DNA of 64,000 nucleotides. It comes from an uncultured Gammaproteobacteria bacterium (GTDB taxonomy: Bacteria; Pseudomonadota; Gammaproteobacteria; UBA9214). Each line of letters starts with the position of its first letter. Positions within the stretch are counted from its first letter, which is position 1. A program made the translations under genes and the position numbers. This document shows, piece by piece, positions 36,303 through 47,229 of the stretch. Where the stretch lies: the NCBI GenBank assembly GCA_963773065.1, contig CAVYZN010000014.1:136476-200475 (forward strand), given 5' to 3'. Under the pieces are notes generated by a model, which worked only from the letters and a program-made list of their open reading frames with translations, was not told the DNA's origin and did no database searches.

Positions 36303-37011
36303 TCAACCCCGGAGCTTGTTACCCGGCGGCGGGAAATAGCCACTAAGCCAAACAACCCGGAACAGAACAGCCACGCGGTGGCCGGAACCGGAACCGCAAC
36401 CTGAAAGTATCGGAGGTGAGGGCAAGGCCTGAGGTCGTGATCTTGTTTGCACCCGTATCCGGTCCGATCGCTTCAAGCAGGTTCAGGTAAATGACTTCGT
36501 CGGTCGCGCAATCAACAAGGGAGTCTATAGCGCCAGAACAGGTGATGTTTGTGGTATTGAAACCCCATAACGTACTGTCTTCCGATGCAGCCCAATCACC
36601 CTTGAGATCGGCCGACACCCTGAATTTTCCGAGCTCCGGTATTTTACCCGAGATTTGCAGGTCGCCATTTGCGACAGCACCATCCACTGCGGCGTTAAAT
36701 TTGAATTTCATTTTGGGAATGACAACAGTCGTTTCATCGTCAATCTGTAACCATATCCTCAGCGAGCCTTTCAAGGATTTCGCGGTTATATTGAAAGTAT
36801 CATCTTCAGTGTCTTTGTCCTTGTAGAAGACAGATACCGTCTGATCGAAATACGGAAAACTGCCGTCTATCGTATCTGGCAGGCCGCAGCCGTTGAGGGG
36901 ATACTCGGATGGATCAGGGCAACTACTGGTGAAGGCGAAGCTGCTGGTACTTACCAAGCCGATGCTGCCTACCACACATATAATTAGCCATGTACTTATT
37001 TTATTGGCCAT
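36303..37011 (-). CDS. Secreted VPLPA-CTERM (PEP-CTERM-like) sorting-domain protein, frameshifted near 36405; 3' end approximate
   Basis: Signal peptide; a shifted frame reads VPVPATAWLFCSGLFGLVAISRRR. Confidence 0.8.
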
Positions 37012-37115
37012 AACATACCTTCATTTGTCTTTTTATACTTCACACTCTGCATCCAAGCCAATCACTGGCTTGTCTTCTTAAATACGTTTTATGCCGGCGT
37101 TGATGTGTTCAGAAT

Positions 37116-37331
37116 TCAGCCTGCCTGTTTCTTGTTTGGAGTCGAATAGGTATCGTGCTCAGCTATATTTTCAGCATCGTCGTCGCGACGTAAAACCGCA
37201 TCTTCGAGCGCGGTTATCAACCCGGAAAATGATTGAAATACCCTCTTCTCGTCGGTTCCCACAGTTTCAACCAGTCCGGCAATTTCTTCTGATTTTGTAC
37301 GACGGTAGATTCTGATAATTAGGCTTTCCAT
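37116..37331 (-). CDS. Small hypothetical protein
   Basis: MESLIIRIYRR...IAGLVETVG...FQSFSGLITAL; co-oriented upstream of the VPLPA-CTERM gene. Confidence 0.6.
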   Translation of the reverse strand: MESLIIRIYRRTKSEEIAGLVETVGTDEKRVFQSFSGLITALEDAVLRRDDDAENIAEHDTYSTPNKKQAG

Positions 37332-37646
37332 TTACCGCTTCCGATCAATAGTAGTATTTGTTGTTGTGTTTTTTCCACTGAAATGTCCGTCGAACTGGGT
37401 CACTTATAATTAAGCGTAGCCTAGTAGAATGAATAAAACAACTTACCGAGGCGTATAGAAACAATCACACCCATTCCATGAAATCCATTCATGCTCCCGC
37501 TTTGCTTGCGTCCATCGCTAGCGTTCATTGCCGACGGAAATGGGTAAATTTTCGCCATTGGCGCGGAGTTTGGTGACGGATTAACCCAACGATTTGTAGT
37601 TTTTCTTCTGGGGAGCTTGATGGCTGGCAATGGGATTCAGAGGTAG

Positions 37647-37828
37647 ATCGCTCCCGCGCTGCCGCTTACGGCATCCTCCCTGTGCATCGTCCCTGCGCTC
37701 CGCGATGATGGACAGGACGTCCAATGTCGCGGAGCACAGGACGTGCGAGAGCGACTGTACCTACATCCCTGTAGGCTCATCGCTCCCGCGTATCCCTGCG
37801 CTCGCGATGTACCTACATCCCTGTAGGC
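37647..37828. repeat. Nested/tandem cluster of twin-GGA-hairpin mini-elements
   Basis: Direct repeats TGTACCTACATCCCTGTAGGC (37756, 37808) and ATCGCTCCCGCG (37647, 37779); inverted copy at 37707-37755. Confidence 0.8.
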
Positions 37829-37860
37829 AAAAAAAGGGCCGCCCAGTGGCAGCCCTTTTA
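37829..37860 (-). terminator. Intrinsic terminator downstream of the OmpA-family gene
   Basis: AAAAAAAGGGCCGCC-CAGT-GGCAGCCCTTTTA; stem with A/T runs on both sides. Confidence 0.75.
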
Positions 37861-37884
37861 TCGGGTGGGTAAGGTGTAGCGTGA

Positions 37885-38583
37885 TTACGTGATCGGCGTC
37901 AGGACGATCTCCACACGACGGTTCTGGGCACGCCCTTCCGGTGTGCTGTTGCTCGCGATGGGTTTGTTCATGCCCATGCCGCTGGTGACAACGCGCTGGG
38001 GCAGGACCTTCTGGCTTTCCAGATAGCGCGCGACGCTGCTGGCGCGGGCCTCGGACAGGCGCTGGTTCATATCCGCCGAGCCGGTGTTGTCGGTATGGCC
38101 GACGATGTCGATGTAGGTCTTTTCATATTTGTTGACCACCAGGGCGACGGAATTCAGCACCGGGAAGAAGTCCGCGTTGATATCGCTGGAGCCAGTCGCG
38201 AAGGTGATATTGCCCGGCATGTTCAGGATGATTTTATCCCCGTCGCGGGTGACGCTCACACCGGTGTTCTGCAGTTGCGCGCGCAGCTCGTTATCCTGCT
38301 TATCCATGTAATACCCCACGCCGCCGCCAGCCAGAGCTCCGATGCCGGCCCCGATCAGCACGTTTTTGCGTTTACCGCCGCCGGCGATCGCGCCGAGGAG
38401 CGCTCCACTGGCCGCGCCGATACCGGCCCCCATGCCGGTCTTGCTCGCCTGTTGTTCACCGGTATAGGGATTGGTGGTGCATGCCGTGGCGGCCAGGGTA
38501 AGGACGAGGAACATGACCAGCAGTCGTTTGCCGAAGGGCGTAATCACAGCCTCGCAAGTGTACGAGGTTTTGTCTTTGCTCAT
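37885..38583 (-). CDS. OmpA-family lipoprotein (YiaD-like)
   Basis: Lipobox ATACTTNPYTGE, glycine zipper, LNMPGNITF, VGHTDNTGS, NQRLSEARA, GRAQNRRVEI. Confidence 0.92.
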   Translation of the reverse strand: MSKDKTSYTCEAVITPFGKRLLVMFLVLTLAATACTTNPYTGEQQASKTGMGAGIGAASGALLGAIAGGGKRKNVLIGAGIGALAGGGVGYYMDKQDNELRAQLQNTGVSVTRDGDKIILNMPGNITFATGSSDINADFFPVLNSVALVVNKYEKTYIDIVGHTDNTGSADMNQRLSEARASSVARYLESQKVLPQRVVTSGMGMNKPIASNSTPEGRAQNRRVEIVLTPIT

Positions 38584-38719
38584 GTGTGCTCCTGGATTGA
38601 GTAAGGGTCCGCGGATGCCGCGGTGCGTGAAGTATGCAACGAGATCGTCCGTCTTGTGAAGGATACCGGCACAACCCGCGCGGAGATGACGACGCAAGGC
38701 TCCGGATTGTGCGGGAGAA

Positions 38720-39842
38720 TCAGGGTTCCAGCAATCGCAGGACCCGGTCCAATTGCTCACGGGGGGTGTAGTAATGAGGCGAGAAACGGATACCGCGCGC
38801 CGCGCAGGGCGCAGATGACTTGCTCATTGCGCAGTCGTTCATGAAGTTCCCCGGTGGGCTCGTGCAGAGGTCGAAAGGTGACGATACCCGCATGCCTGTG
38901 ATCTTCCGGCGGCGTGAGCAACTGGAATTCACCGCCGCGCGCGGTGAAATAGTCGATCAGATAGCGGGTGTTTTCCGTGACCCGTTTCTCGATTGCCGGC
39001 ATGCCGATCTCGTGGATGAGCGACAGGCTGGCATTCAAGGCGTGTATCCCCGTCATATTGGGACTGCCGCATTCGAACCGCCGGGCCGTGGCGGCGATGC
39101 GCCATGCCATGGTGTCATAGTTGCCATGATCTTCCACCATGTGCCAGCCGTACTGCCGCAGTTCCAACCGGTCCATGACTTCGGCGCGGCAGTAAAACAG
39201 CGCCACACCTTCTGGTCCCATCAGCCATTTGTGTCCGTCGGCCATGACGAAATCGGCCTGGCAGGACTGAACGTCGAATCCGACGGCGCCCAGGCTCTGG
39301 ATCGCGTCCACGCAGAACAGGACGCCGTGCTCGCGGCAAGCGGCGCCGATTTTCTCCAGGTCTAGTTTTAGTCCCGTCGCATATTGCACCGAGCTAACCG
39401 ACACCAGCCGGGTGTTGCGGTCGATATGGGAGATGATGGCGTCTTCGGGGGATGACTCCCCGTCCAGATCCGCGGCGCGCGTCTCGACACCGGATTTCCC
39501 CAGCGACTCCCAGACAATCCGGTTGGAAGGGAACTCCTGGCTGGTGATGACGATGTTATCACCCGGCTTCCACGACAAGCCGTAGGCAACGACCGACAGC
39601 GCTTCGGAGGTATTTTTGAGCAGTGCGATCTCGTCGCCGGAAGCGGCATTGATCAGGCGTTGCATTTGCGCCTTGAGGGCGTGTTCCGTTTCCACCCAGG
39701 CGCCGTAATTTCGGGAACCTACCCTGGCATTTTCCCGGGCAAATGCCTTGACTGCGGCGGCGGTGCGTTGCGGCCAGGGAGAGACACCGGCATGGTTCAG
39801 ATAGATGATCGAATCATCGAGGACAAATTCGGACTTATCCAT
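38720..39842 (-). CDS. Class V PLP-dependent aminotransferase (cysteine desulfurase-like), indel near 3' end
   Basis: IYLNHAGVSP, EFPSN, VDAIQSLG, ADGHKWLMGPEG, RFECGS; the tail IRFSPHYY is in a shifted frame. Confidence 0.88.
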
Positions 39843-40195
39843 GCATAGACGTCCTAAGTACCAAGACCATATGCGGCATACGCGCCTACGCGGACGTATT
39901 CACGGCGTGTCTCGAAAAGTCTATCCCGGATAGTGTCCCAGCACGTGGCTCCAGAAACGAAGCCTAAGCAAAATCACATCCGTAATGCCGCAACGGGTAT
40001 GATACGCTGGCGTCGGATGTCTTCCGTTATAAATCTTATTTCCCCTATCTGCACCGGAACTCGTTTCGTATTCCCTGCCTGTATGAATGATAATACAACA
40101 GTACAATCAGATAGATATTCTATAGTCCTGAACTATACATTAGAGTTCGGGTGGGTTCAGGCAGCGGCACCTACCAGACGGTCAAGTGCTTAGCG

Positions 40196-40762
40196 ATGTT
40201 GAAACCGAGACTGTCATTCCGATTACCGACCCTGGTGGGATGCTTGCTGCTGCTGTGGGCATGCCATGTCGCGGCCGCGGACGGGGTGTGGATACGGGTG
40301 GATACGCAGGATGCCACCCTGTCGGTGATGAAGGGGGAGAAGGTACAGGTCGTCTTCGCGGATGTTGCCATAGGGCGCTATGGCAAAACCTATTTCAAGA
40401 AAAGAGGTGACAACAGGACCCCGTTGGGACGCTTTACCATCGCCTGGATACCCAGGGAGTCCCAATACCATCGCTTCCTGGGACTGGATTACCCCGATCT
40501 CGAACGGGCGAACCGCGCCCTGCTCGACGGGGAAATCACCGAGCAGCAGTGGCAGGCGATCCGCCACGCCGCTCAGGCGCGGAAGCGGCCACCCCAGGAC
40601 ACTCCCCTCGGTGGTTTCATCGGTATCCATGGCACGGGCGCGGGGAATCCCAAAGTACACGGGCAATACAACTGGACCAGCGGCTGCATCGCGCTGACCA
40701 ATGACCAGATCGACCGCCTGGCGCGCTGGGTCCAGATAGGAACCCCGGTCGAGATTCACTAG
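40196..40762 (+). CDS. L,D-transpeptidase (YkuD domain)
   Basis: Signal peptide; GDNRTPLGRF, GLDYP, IGIHG...WTSGCIAL. Confidence 0.9.
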   Translation: MLKPRLSFRLPTLVGCLLLLWACHVAAADGVWIRVDTQDATLSVMKGEKVQVVFADVAIGRYGKTYFKKRGDNRTPLGRFTIAWIPRESQYHRFLGLDYPDLERANRALLDGEITEQQWQAIRHAAQARKRPPQDTPLGGFIGIHGTGAGNPKVHGQYNWTSGCIALTNDQIDRLARWVQIGTPVEIH

Positions 40763-40936
40763 ACGGCTTGGGGCGGAGCGAAATTGCTGTTTTTCTTGGC
40801 AGAGTGTTCAGGTAGCATATGGCACCGACGCTGCAAGCTGTCGCTGCCCACACCGGATAGGCTGCAGGGGTGGCAGCTTAAAGGGGAGTTGTCTGTCGTG
40901 TCAGTCAAGTCATTTCATCCTTATAAGGAGAGAGTA

Positions 40937-41215
40937 ATGAAGGAATCTGTTAAGAGTCGGTCACGTGTGTTGGCCCTTGTTGCCGTGGCGGGTGTCTATG
41001 CCGGACTCACCGGTTGTGCCACGACTGGCGACCTGGATTCGCTGAAGTCAGAGGTAAGCCAGGTCAAGGCGGAAGCGGCTGCGGCATCCAAGGACGCCGC
41101 GGATGCCAAAGCCATGGCCCAGCAAGCCATGAGTACGGCGAATGAGGCGAAGGCTACCTCCGATGAGACGGCGACGAAGATCGACCGCATGTTCAAGAAG
41201 TCGATGTACAAGTAA
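40937..41215 (+). CDS. Lpp/OprI-type alanine-zipper lipoprotein
   Basis: AAGGAG RBS; lipobox LTGC, Ala-rich coiled coil, C-terminal KIDRMFKKSMYK. Confidence 0.9.
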   Translation: MKESVKSRSRVLALVAVAGVYAGLTGCATTGDLDSLKSEVSQVKAEAAAASKDAADAKAMAQQAMSTANEAKATSDETATKIDRMFKKSMYK

Positions 41216-41291
41216 CAGCCGAGTGTCGCTTGCGCAGGCCCACCACCGGTGGCGCCCTGGCGGAGCGGCAATTACTGTTACGCCAGAAACG

Positions 41292-41320
41292 GCAAAGCCC
41301 CCGCGGGGGCTTTGCATTTT
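41292..41320 (+). terminator. Intrinsic terminator between convergent lipoprotein and L,D-transpeptidase genes
   Basis: GCAAAGCCCCCGCGGGGGCTTTGC followed by ATTTT. Confidence 0.8.
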
Positions 41321-41328
41321 CTGATTCG

Positions 41329-42249
41329 CTACTTCGTGATCATCACGGGTATGCCGCTTTGTTCTTCAACCGCGGCCTTAATGGCGCTGCCGCTGAGCGC
41401 CACCTGGTCCTTTCCCGCACCGGCGATGGCATCCGCGATGCTGTTGAAGGCGGCATTGATGATGTCCTGGTATTTGTCCTGGTCTTCATCCAGCGGGGGG
41501 TGCACCTCGATAAACAGGGCCCCGGCCAGCCAGCCTACCTTGATGGGCTGGTTGACCAGTTGCACCGGCGTCCCGACGGGAACCTGTCCAAACAGTGCTT
41601 CAATATCCTCCGGATACAGGCGTATGCAGCCGTGGGTGACGCGCATGCCCACGCCAAAGGGTTTGTTGGTGCCGTGTATCAGATAGCCCGGAAATCCGAG
41701 GCGCAGGGCGTAAGCTCCCAGCGGATTGTCCGGACCGGGCGGCACCACATCCGGCAGGATATCGCCTTCCCTGGCATGTTCTTCCTTGAGTGACTCAGTA
41801 GGATACCAGGACGGGTCCTTGTCCTTGGCAAGAACCCGGGTCTTCCCCAGGGGAGTCACCCAGTCCATGCGCCCGACGCTGACCGGATGGGTGATCACGA
41901 CGCGTGGTTCGCCCCGCGCCGGCTTGGGAAAATAGTACAGGCGCATTTCCGGCAGGTTGAGCACCAGGCCGGTACGCTCCGCCCTGGGCAGGATGTAGCG
42001 ATTGGGGAGCGTGACCAGCGCCCCGTCTTCGGGCAGCCAGCGATCCACCTCCGGGTTGGCCAGCAGGATTTCGTTCTGGCCGAGGTCATACCGCCGGGCG
42101 ATATCCAGCAGCGTCTCCTCCCGGCTGGCATGGGTAAACTGGATCTGTCCTACCACGTCGACATCCGCCGGGGGGAGCAGGAAGGTTTCAGCCGCTAGGT
42201 TAGCGGCAAGGGGTAAGGTGCCTATCAATGCCAGGAAATAGCGCCGCAT
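41329..42249 (-). CDS. L,D-transpeptidase, ErfK/YbiS/YcfS-like
   Basis: ETLLDIARRYDLG, LNLPEMRLYYF, GPDNPLG, YLIHGTNKPFGVGMRVTHGCIRLYPEDI. Confidence 0.93.
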   Translation of the reverse strand: MRRYFLALIGTLPLAANLAAETFLLPPADVDVVGQIQFTHASREETLLDIARRYDLGQNEILLANPEVDRWLPEDGALVTLPNRYILPRAERTGLVLNLPEMRLYYFPKPARGEPRVVITHPVSVGRMDWVTPLGKTRVLAKDKDPSWYPTESLKEEHAREGDILPDVVPPGPDNPLGAYALRLGFPGYLIHGTNKPFGVGMRVTHGCIRLYPEDIEALFGQVPVGTPVQLVNQPIKVGWLAGALFIEVHPPLDEDQDKYQDIINAAFNSIADAIAGAGKDQVALSGSAIKAAVEEQSGIPVMITK

Positions 42250-42539
42250 GATGAATGGTGTTTGACTGGATTGGATGTATGCCCGGATGCGGGGTGAGAT
42301 ACGATTGTTCAGGATGGCTGTAATCAAGGCATTAGCAGTCTATAGCAGATGCAACCCGGCAAGCAATTTAAAGACATCTCGGAACATTCCTGCTGATCAT
42401 GGATGCCGTGGCGGGCCCGCGGCCGGTATCTGGTTGGTATCTATCGGCAAGGCGCGCGATTACCGTGGCGCTCAGGATGATGTAGCGTCGGGTTCCCCGG
42501 CTTCCTTTAGCGCGGGTGTAAACGGCATGCACGGCGGAA

Positions 42540-42897
42540 TCATTTCTTCTCCTTGCCGCCCAGTGACGTCAGACTGACTACCAGGATGACGATCACCAGC
42601 ACCGGCCAGAAATAGGGGGCGGCCACGGCGATTCCGGCCGTACCCAGCAGCACGATGCCGATCAACAGGAGGGTGCCCACACCTAGAACGACCAGACTGG
42701 CCAGAATGCCGGTTACCAGCAGAATGGCAAGAAAAATGGGAACGGCGGCGATGCGCGCCACCGGGTCTGCCACCGGTTCGCCGTTTATCGTCACATTGAG
42801 ATAGCCCGACCCCGGGATGGAAAACATACGCCAGCAGCGCGAGCAGCAAGCCAAGCAAGACGATTTTCAGAATCAGGCTGGATTTCCTGCTTTCCAT
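42540..42897 (-). CDS. Small membrane protein (frameshifted)
   Basis: Two overlapping ORFs join into a hydrophobic multi-TM protein. Confidence 0.6.
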
Positions 42898-42899
42898 GG

Positions 42900-43536
42900 C
42901 TAGCCCGCCTTGCGGTTAGTGTTCCTGTGGAAGAGGTAGATGCCCAACAACAGTATCAGCAACAGCGTCGCCGCCCAACTGTAGGGCGTGAGCTGCCTGA
43001 AACCCATCGCAATCGCGTGAAAGTTCTTGTCCAGCAGGTAGGCGCCCAGACCCCACACCCCGACCCACAGCGCCGCGCCCAGGCTGGTCATCAACAGGAA
43101 CAGGGCCGGCGGCATGTGCAGAATGCCGACGAGGAAATTGCTCAACTGGCGCACGCCGTCGATGAAGCGCGCCACCAGCACCAGCTTGCGGCCATGACGC
43201 GCGCACAGTCGATTCCATGCGTTCGAAATGGGCCGGGTTGATGGGCAGGCGGCCCAGCAGATTGCGACCGCCCAGCCTGCCCAGGTAGTAGCCGATGAGA
43301 TTGCCAGCGACCGTGGCGAACCAGGCCGACGCCAGCAGCAGGGTGATATCGAATTTGCCGCGCGCCGCCAGCACGGCGCCGACGATCAGCAGCGTCTGCC
43401 CGGGCGCGGGAATGCCGAATCCTTCCACGGCAACGGCCGCCATGATGACGAGGAGGCCATAGTTCAGCAGCAGCGGTTCAAACCTGTCCACCTCCGCCAG
43501 AAAGTGCTGCGTGATTTCCGAGATCTCTCCAGTCAT
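42900..43536 (-). CDS. DedA-family membrane protein (frameshifted)
   Basis: VEGFGIPAPGQTLLI, GNLIGYYLGR, then LVARFIDGVRQ in the next frame. Confidence 0.88.
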
Positions 43537-43698
43537 CGTGAATGCCTGCCGGGGCGGGTGAATCCGTCGGCGGGTGAAGGTTCAAAATGGTAATGCACCG
43601 GCGCCACTGGGACAATGTATCCGATACCGCGAACCAATCCGGCTGAAATGTTGTCACACTCTAGCCCCAAAACCCCAGTGAAATCGACGAGGTAGGAA

Positions 43699-44716
43699 AT
43701 GGAAAAATCAACCGTAACAGCACTACCGTATGAGAGCTGTCCGGGCAGCACGGCCCAGGCGGCGTTCGAACGCCTGAGAAGCGAGCTGGAGGACCGGATC
43801 ATCGGTCAGCCGCAACTCATCGAACACCTGCTCATCGCCCTGCTGGCCGATGGCCACCTGCTGGTGGAAGGAGCGCCGGGCCTGGCGAAGACCACCGCCA
43901 TCAAGGAACTGGCGAGCCGCATCCAGGGCGATTTTCACCGCCTGCAGTTCACGCCGGATTTGCTGCCCGGCGACCTGACCGGCACCGAGGTGTATCGCCC
44001 GCAGACCGGCGAGTTCATCTTCCAGCGCGGTCCGATCTTCCATAACCTGGTGCTCGCCGACGAGATCAACCGGGCGCCGGCCAAGGTGCAATCCGCGCTG
44101 CTCGAGGCGATGGGCGAACGCCAGATCACGGTCGGGCAGGTGACCTACCGCCTGCCGGGCCTGTTCCTGGTCATGGCGACCCAGAATCCGATCGAACACG
44201 AAGGCACCTACCCCTTGCCCGAGGCGCAACTCGACCGCTTCCTGATGTATGTGCGGGTGGGTTATCCGGGCGCCGGCACGGAGAAGCGGATACTCGAACT
44301 CGCGCGCCGGCAGGCCGTTCGCGGCCCGGCACGAGAACGAGCGCCCCGATGTCCTGCTGACTCAGGAGCAGGTATTCACCGCGCAACGCGAAGTGCTGGA
44401 GCTGCACATGGCGCCGGCCGTCGAGGAATACCTGGTGCAGTTGACGCTCGCCTCGCGCGATCCCGCGCCCTATGGCGATGACCTCAGGCGCTGGGTGAAC
44501 TACGGCGCGAGTCCGCGCGGCACCATCGCGCTCGACCGCTGCGCGCGCGCCCACGCCTGGCTCAGGCGCCGGGAGTACGTCTCGCCCGAGGACATCCAGG
44601 CCATGGCCTTCGATACCCTGCGCCACCGCATCCTGCTGTCCTTCGAGGCCGAAGCCGAAGGCATCACCTCCGATGTCTTCATCCGCGAACTGCTGCAGCG
44701 CGTGCCGGTGACCTGA
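43699..44716 (+). CDS. MoxR-family AAA+ ATPase (indel near 44330)
   Basis: LLVEGAPGLAKT, QFTPDLLPGD, DEINRAPAKVQSALLEAM, ATQNPIE, GASPRG, LRHRI. Confidence 0.94.
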
Positions 44717-44718
44717 AC

Positions 44719-45734
44719 ATGAAGCCACTGCGCACGCTGTTTCGCCGGCGCGGCGGCGGCATTGAAGCGCCGGCGGCGAGCGGGGCCCCGGACGCGGGGG
44801 TGCGCGTCACCGCCGGGGAACTAATCCGGCTGCGGCTCGCCGTGCGTGACCTGCGACTGGGCAGCCGCCGGCCGGCACTCTGGCATCAGCGCCGGCGCGC
44901 ATGCCTCGCGCTTTCGCGGCCGCGGCATGGATTACCTCGAATCGCGCGGTTACCAGGCGGGCGACGATATCCGCAACATGGACTGGCGCGTGACGGCGCG
45001 CGCCGGCGAGCCCCACGTCAAGCTGTACACGGAAGAGCGCGAACGTCCCGTGGTGGTCATGGTCGATCTTAACCCCGGCATGTTTTTCGGCACGCGCGGC
45101 GCCTTCAAGTCGGTCGTCGCCGCGCGCGCCGCCGCGCTGATCGGCTGGGCGGCCGTGCGCCATCATGACCGTATCGGCGCGCTGCTGTTCAATGGACGGC
45201 ACCAGGAGCTGCGTCCCCTCGGCGGCCAGCGCGGTGTGCTGCGCCTGATCCGCGCGCTGGTCGGCGCGACGGACCCCGTGCGGGGGATGCGCCAGCCGGA
45301 CCATCCGGGCCTCCTGACCGAGGCGTTGCGGCGGCTGCGGCGCGTGGCGCGTCCGGGCAGCCTGGTCTTCATCCTGAGTGATTTCTATGGGATCGACGCC
45401 GACACGCGCGTACTCCTGCAGCGGCTGCGCCAGCACAGCGACGTCGTGGCCTGCCAGGTCCATGATGCACTGGAGCTACACTCCCCGCCGCCCGGACGCT
45501 ATGGCATCAGCGACGGCAGCCGCACCGCCGTTCTGGATACCCATGCAAGCGCGCAACGGGACGCCTATGAGCGTTATTTCGCGCGGCACCATCAGGCCGT
45601 CGATGAACTGCTGCGCGCCTGCGCGGTGCCCCTGATCCGGCTCGCGACCACCGACGACGTGGTCGAGCGGCTGCGCGGCAGCCTTGTCGATGGCGGCACG
45701 CCCGGGAGCAGGCGCCGTCGGGGTGGCGGCATGA
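44719..45734 (+). CDS. DUF58 domain protein (frameshifted; 3' end approximate)
   Basis: RGRGMDYLESRGYQAGDDIRNMDWRVTAR, EERERP, FILSDF. Confidence 0.88.
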
Positions 45735-46223
45735 ACCCGACGGGCGCACCGGTTCTCGATCTGCGCGACGTGCACGCGCCGCCGCTTCCCCGATTTCTGG
45801 CCACCCGCCCCGGGCTGGTGGATCGCGGCCGCGCTCCTCGCCGGTCTGCTGGTCACTGTCTCGGTGCACCTTTACCGGCGCTATAAATTGCGCCGGCAAC
45901 GCCGGCAGGTGCTCTCTACCCTCGATGCGCTGGTCGCAGGCTACTCCATGGAGGCGGCCGTCGGTTTCGTCACCGAGGTGTCGATGCTGCTGCGCCGCGT
46001 CGCCCTGCGGCGCTTCCCGCGCGGGCAGGTTGCCGCGCTGTTCGGCGCCGACTGGTGCCGGTTCCTCGACGAGACCGGAGGCGATGGCGGCTTCAGCCGC
46101 GGGGCGGGGCAGGTGCTGGCCACCGGTCCCTATGCCGCCCGGGTCGAGGTCGACCCCGAGGGGCTGACGCTGCTGGCGCGCGCCTGGATCAGAAAGAATT
46201 TCGGAGCGCCGCATGAATCTTGA
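45731..46223 (+). CDS. DUF4381-like protein (frameshifted)
   Basis: LDLRDVHAP, W-P-P-A-P-G-W-like segment across an indel, LLRRVAL, LFGADWCRFLD; standard position in a bat operon. Confidence 0.75.
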
Positions 46224-47229
46224 CTTCGCCTGGCCCTGGCTGTTCGCCGTCCTGCCGCTGCCCCTGCTGGTCGCGTGGCTCATGCCGCGGGCCCCCGAGG
46301 CGCCGGGCACGGCGCTGCGGGTTCCGTTCTACGCCGCCCTGAGCGGTGTCGCGGCGGGCAGGCGATCGGCTGCTGCATCCCGCCCGCGCCTGCTGCTGGC
46401 GGCGCTGGCCTGGGTGCTGCTGGTTTTCGCCGCGGCGCGGCCGCAGTTCGTCGGCAACCCGGTACGCCTGCCGGTAACGGGACGCGACCTGCTGCTCGCG
46501 GTCGATATCTCGGGCAGCATGGAGACCGAGGACATGCAACTGGGACGGCAGGTGACGGATCGGCTGACGGCGGTCAAGGCCGTCGCCGGTGATTTTATCG
46601 AGCAGCGCAAAGGCGATCGCCTGGGCCTGATCCTGTTCGGCGATCAGGCCTATGTGCAGACGCCGCTCACCTTCGACCGGAAAACGGTGCGCACCTTGCT
46701 CAACGAGTCGGCCATCGGTCTGGCCGGCAAGAGCACGGCGATCGGCGATGCCATCGGCCTGGCCGTGAAGCGCCTGCGCGAGCGGCCCGCGGAGAACCGC
46801 GTGCTGATCCTGCTCACCGACGGCGCTAACACCTCCGGCAGCGTGGAACCCCTGAAGGCGGCCGATCTGGCGGCGCGCGAGGGCGTGCGCATCTACACCA
46901 TCGGCGTGGGCGCGGATGAAATGCTGGTGCAAGGGTTTTTCGGGACGCAGCGGGTGCCCTCGACCGAACTCGACGAGGCCGCCCTGACCGCGATTGCACA
47001 AAAAACGGGGGGACAGTATTTCCGCGCCCGCGACATCGGCAGTCTGCAAAAGATCTACGCCCTGCTCGACCAACTCGAACCGGTGAGCAAGGACGAAGAG
47101 ACCTTTCGCCCGGTCCATGAGCTTTATCCGTGGCCGCTCTCGGGCGCGCTGCTCATTACGGCGCTGCTGGCGCTGGGCGTCGCCGGTCTGCATCGCCGCG
47201 CCGTGAGCATCGAGGTGCGTCATGCCTGA
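46213..47229 (+). CDS. VWA domain protein (BatA-like)
   Basis: MIDAS DISGS, DRLGLILFG, TAIGDAIGLA, LLTDG. Confidence 0.92.
   Translation: MNLDFAWPWLFAVLPLPLLVAWLMPRAPEAPGTALRVPFYAALSGVAAGRRSAAASRPRLLLAALAWVLLVFAAARPQFVGNPVRLPVTGRDLLLAVDISGSMETEDMQLGRQVTDRLTAVKAVAGDFIEQRKGDRLGLILFGDQAYVQTPLTFDRKTVRTLLNESAIGLAGKSTAIGDAIGLAVKRLRERPAENRVLILLTDGANTSGSVEPLKAADLAAREGVRIYTIGVGADEMLVQGFFGTQRVPSTELDEAALTAIAQKTGGQYFRARDIGSLQKIYALLDQLEPVSKDEETFRPVHELYPWPLSGALLITALLALGVAGLHRRAVSIEVRHA

Noticed and set aside
37756-37828. Two 21-bp direct repeats 52 bp apart as a mini-CRISPR
   Set aside because: There are only two units, the spacer is itself repeated at 37647-37706, and no cas genes are present. Tandem mini-elements explain it better.
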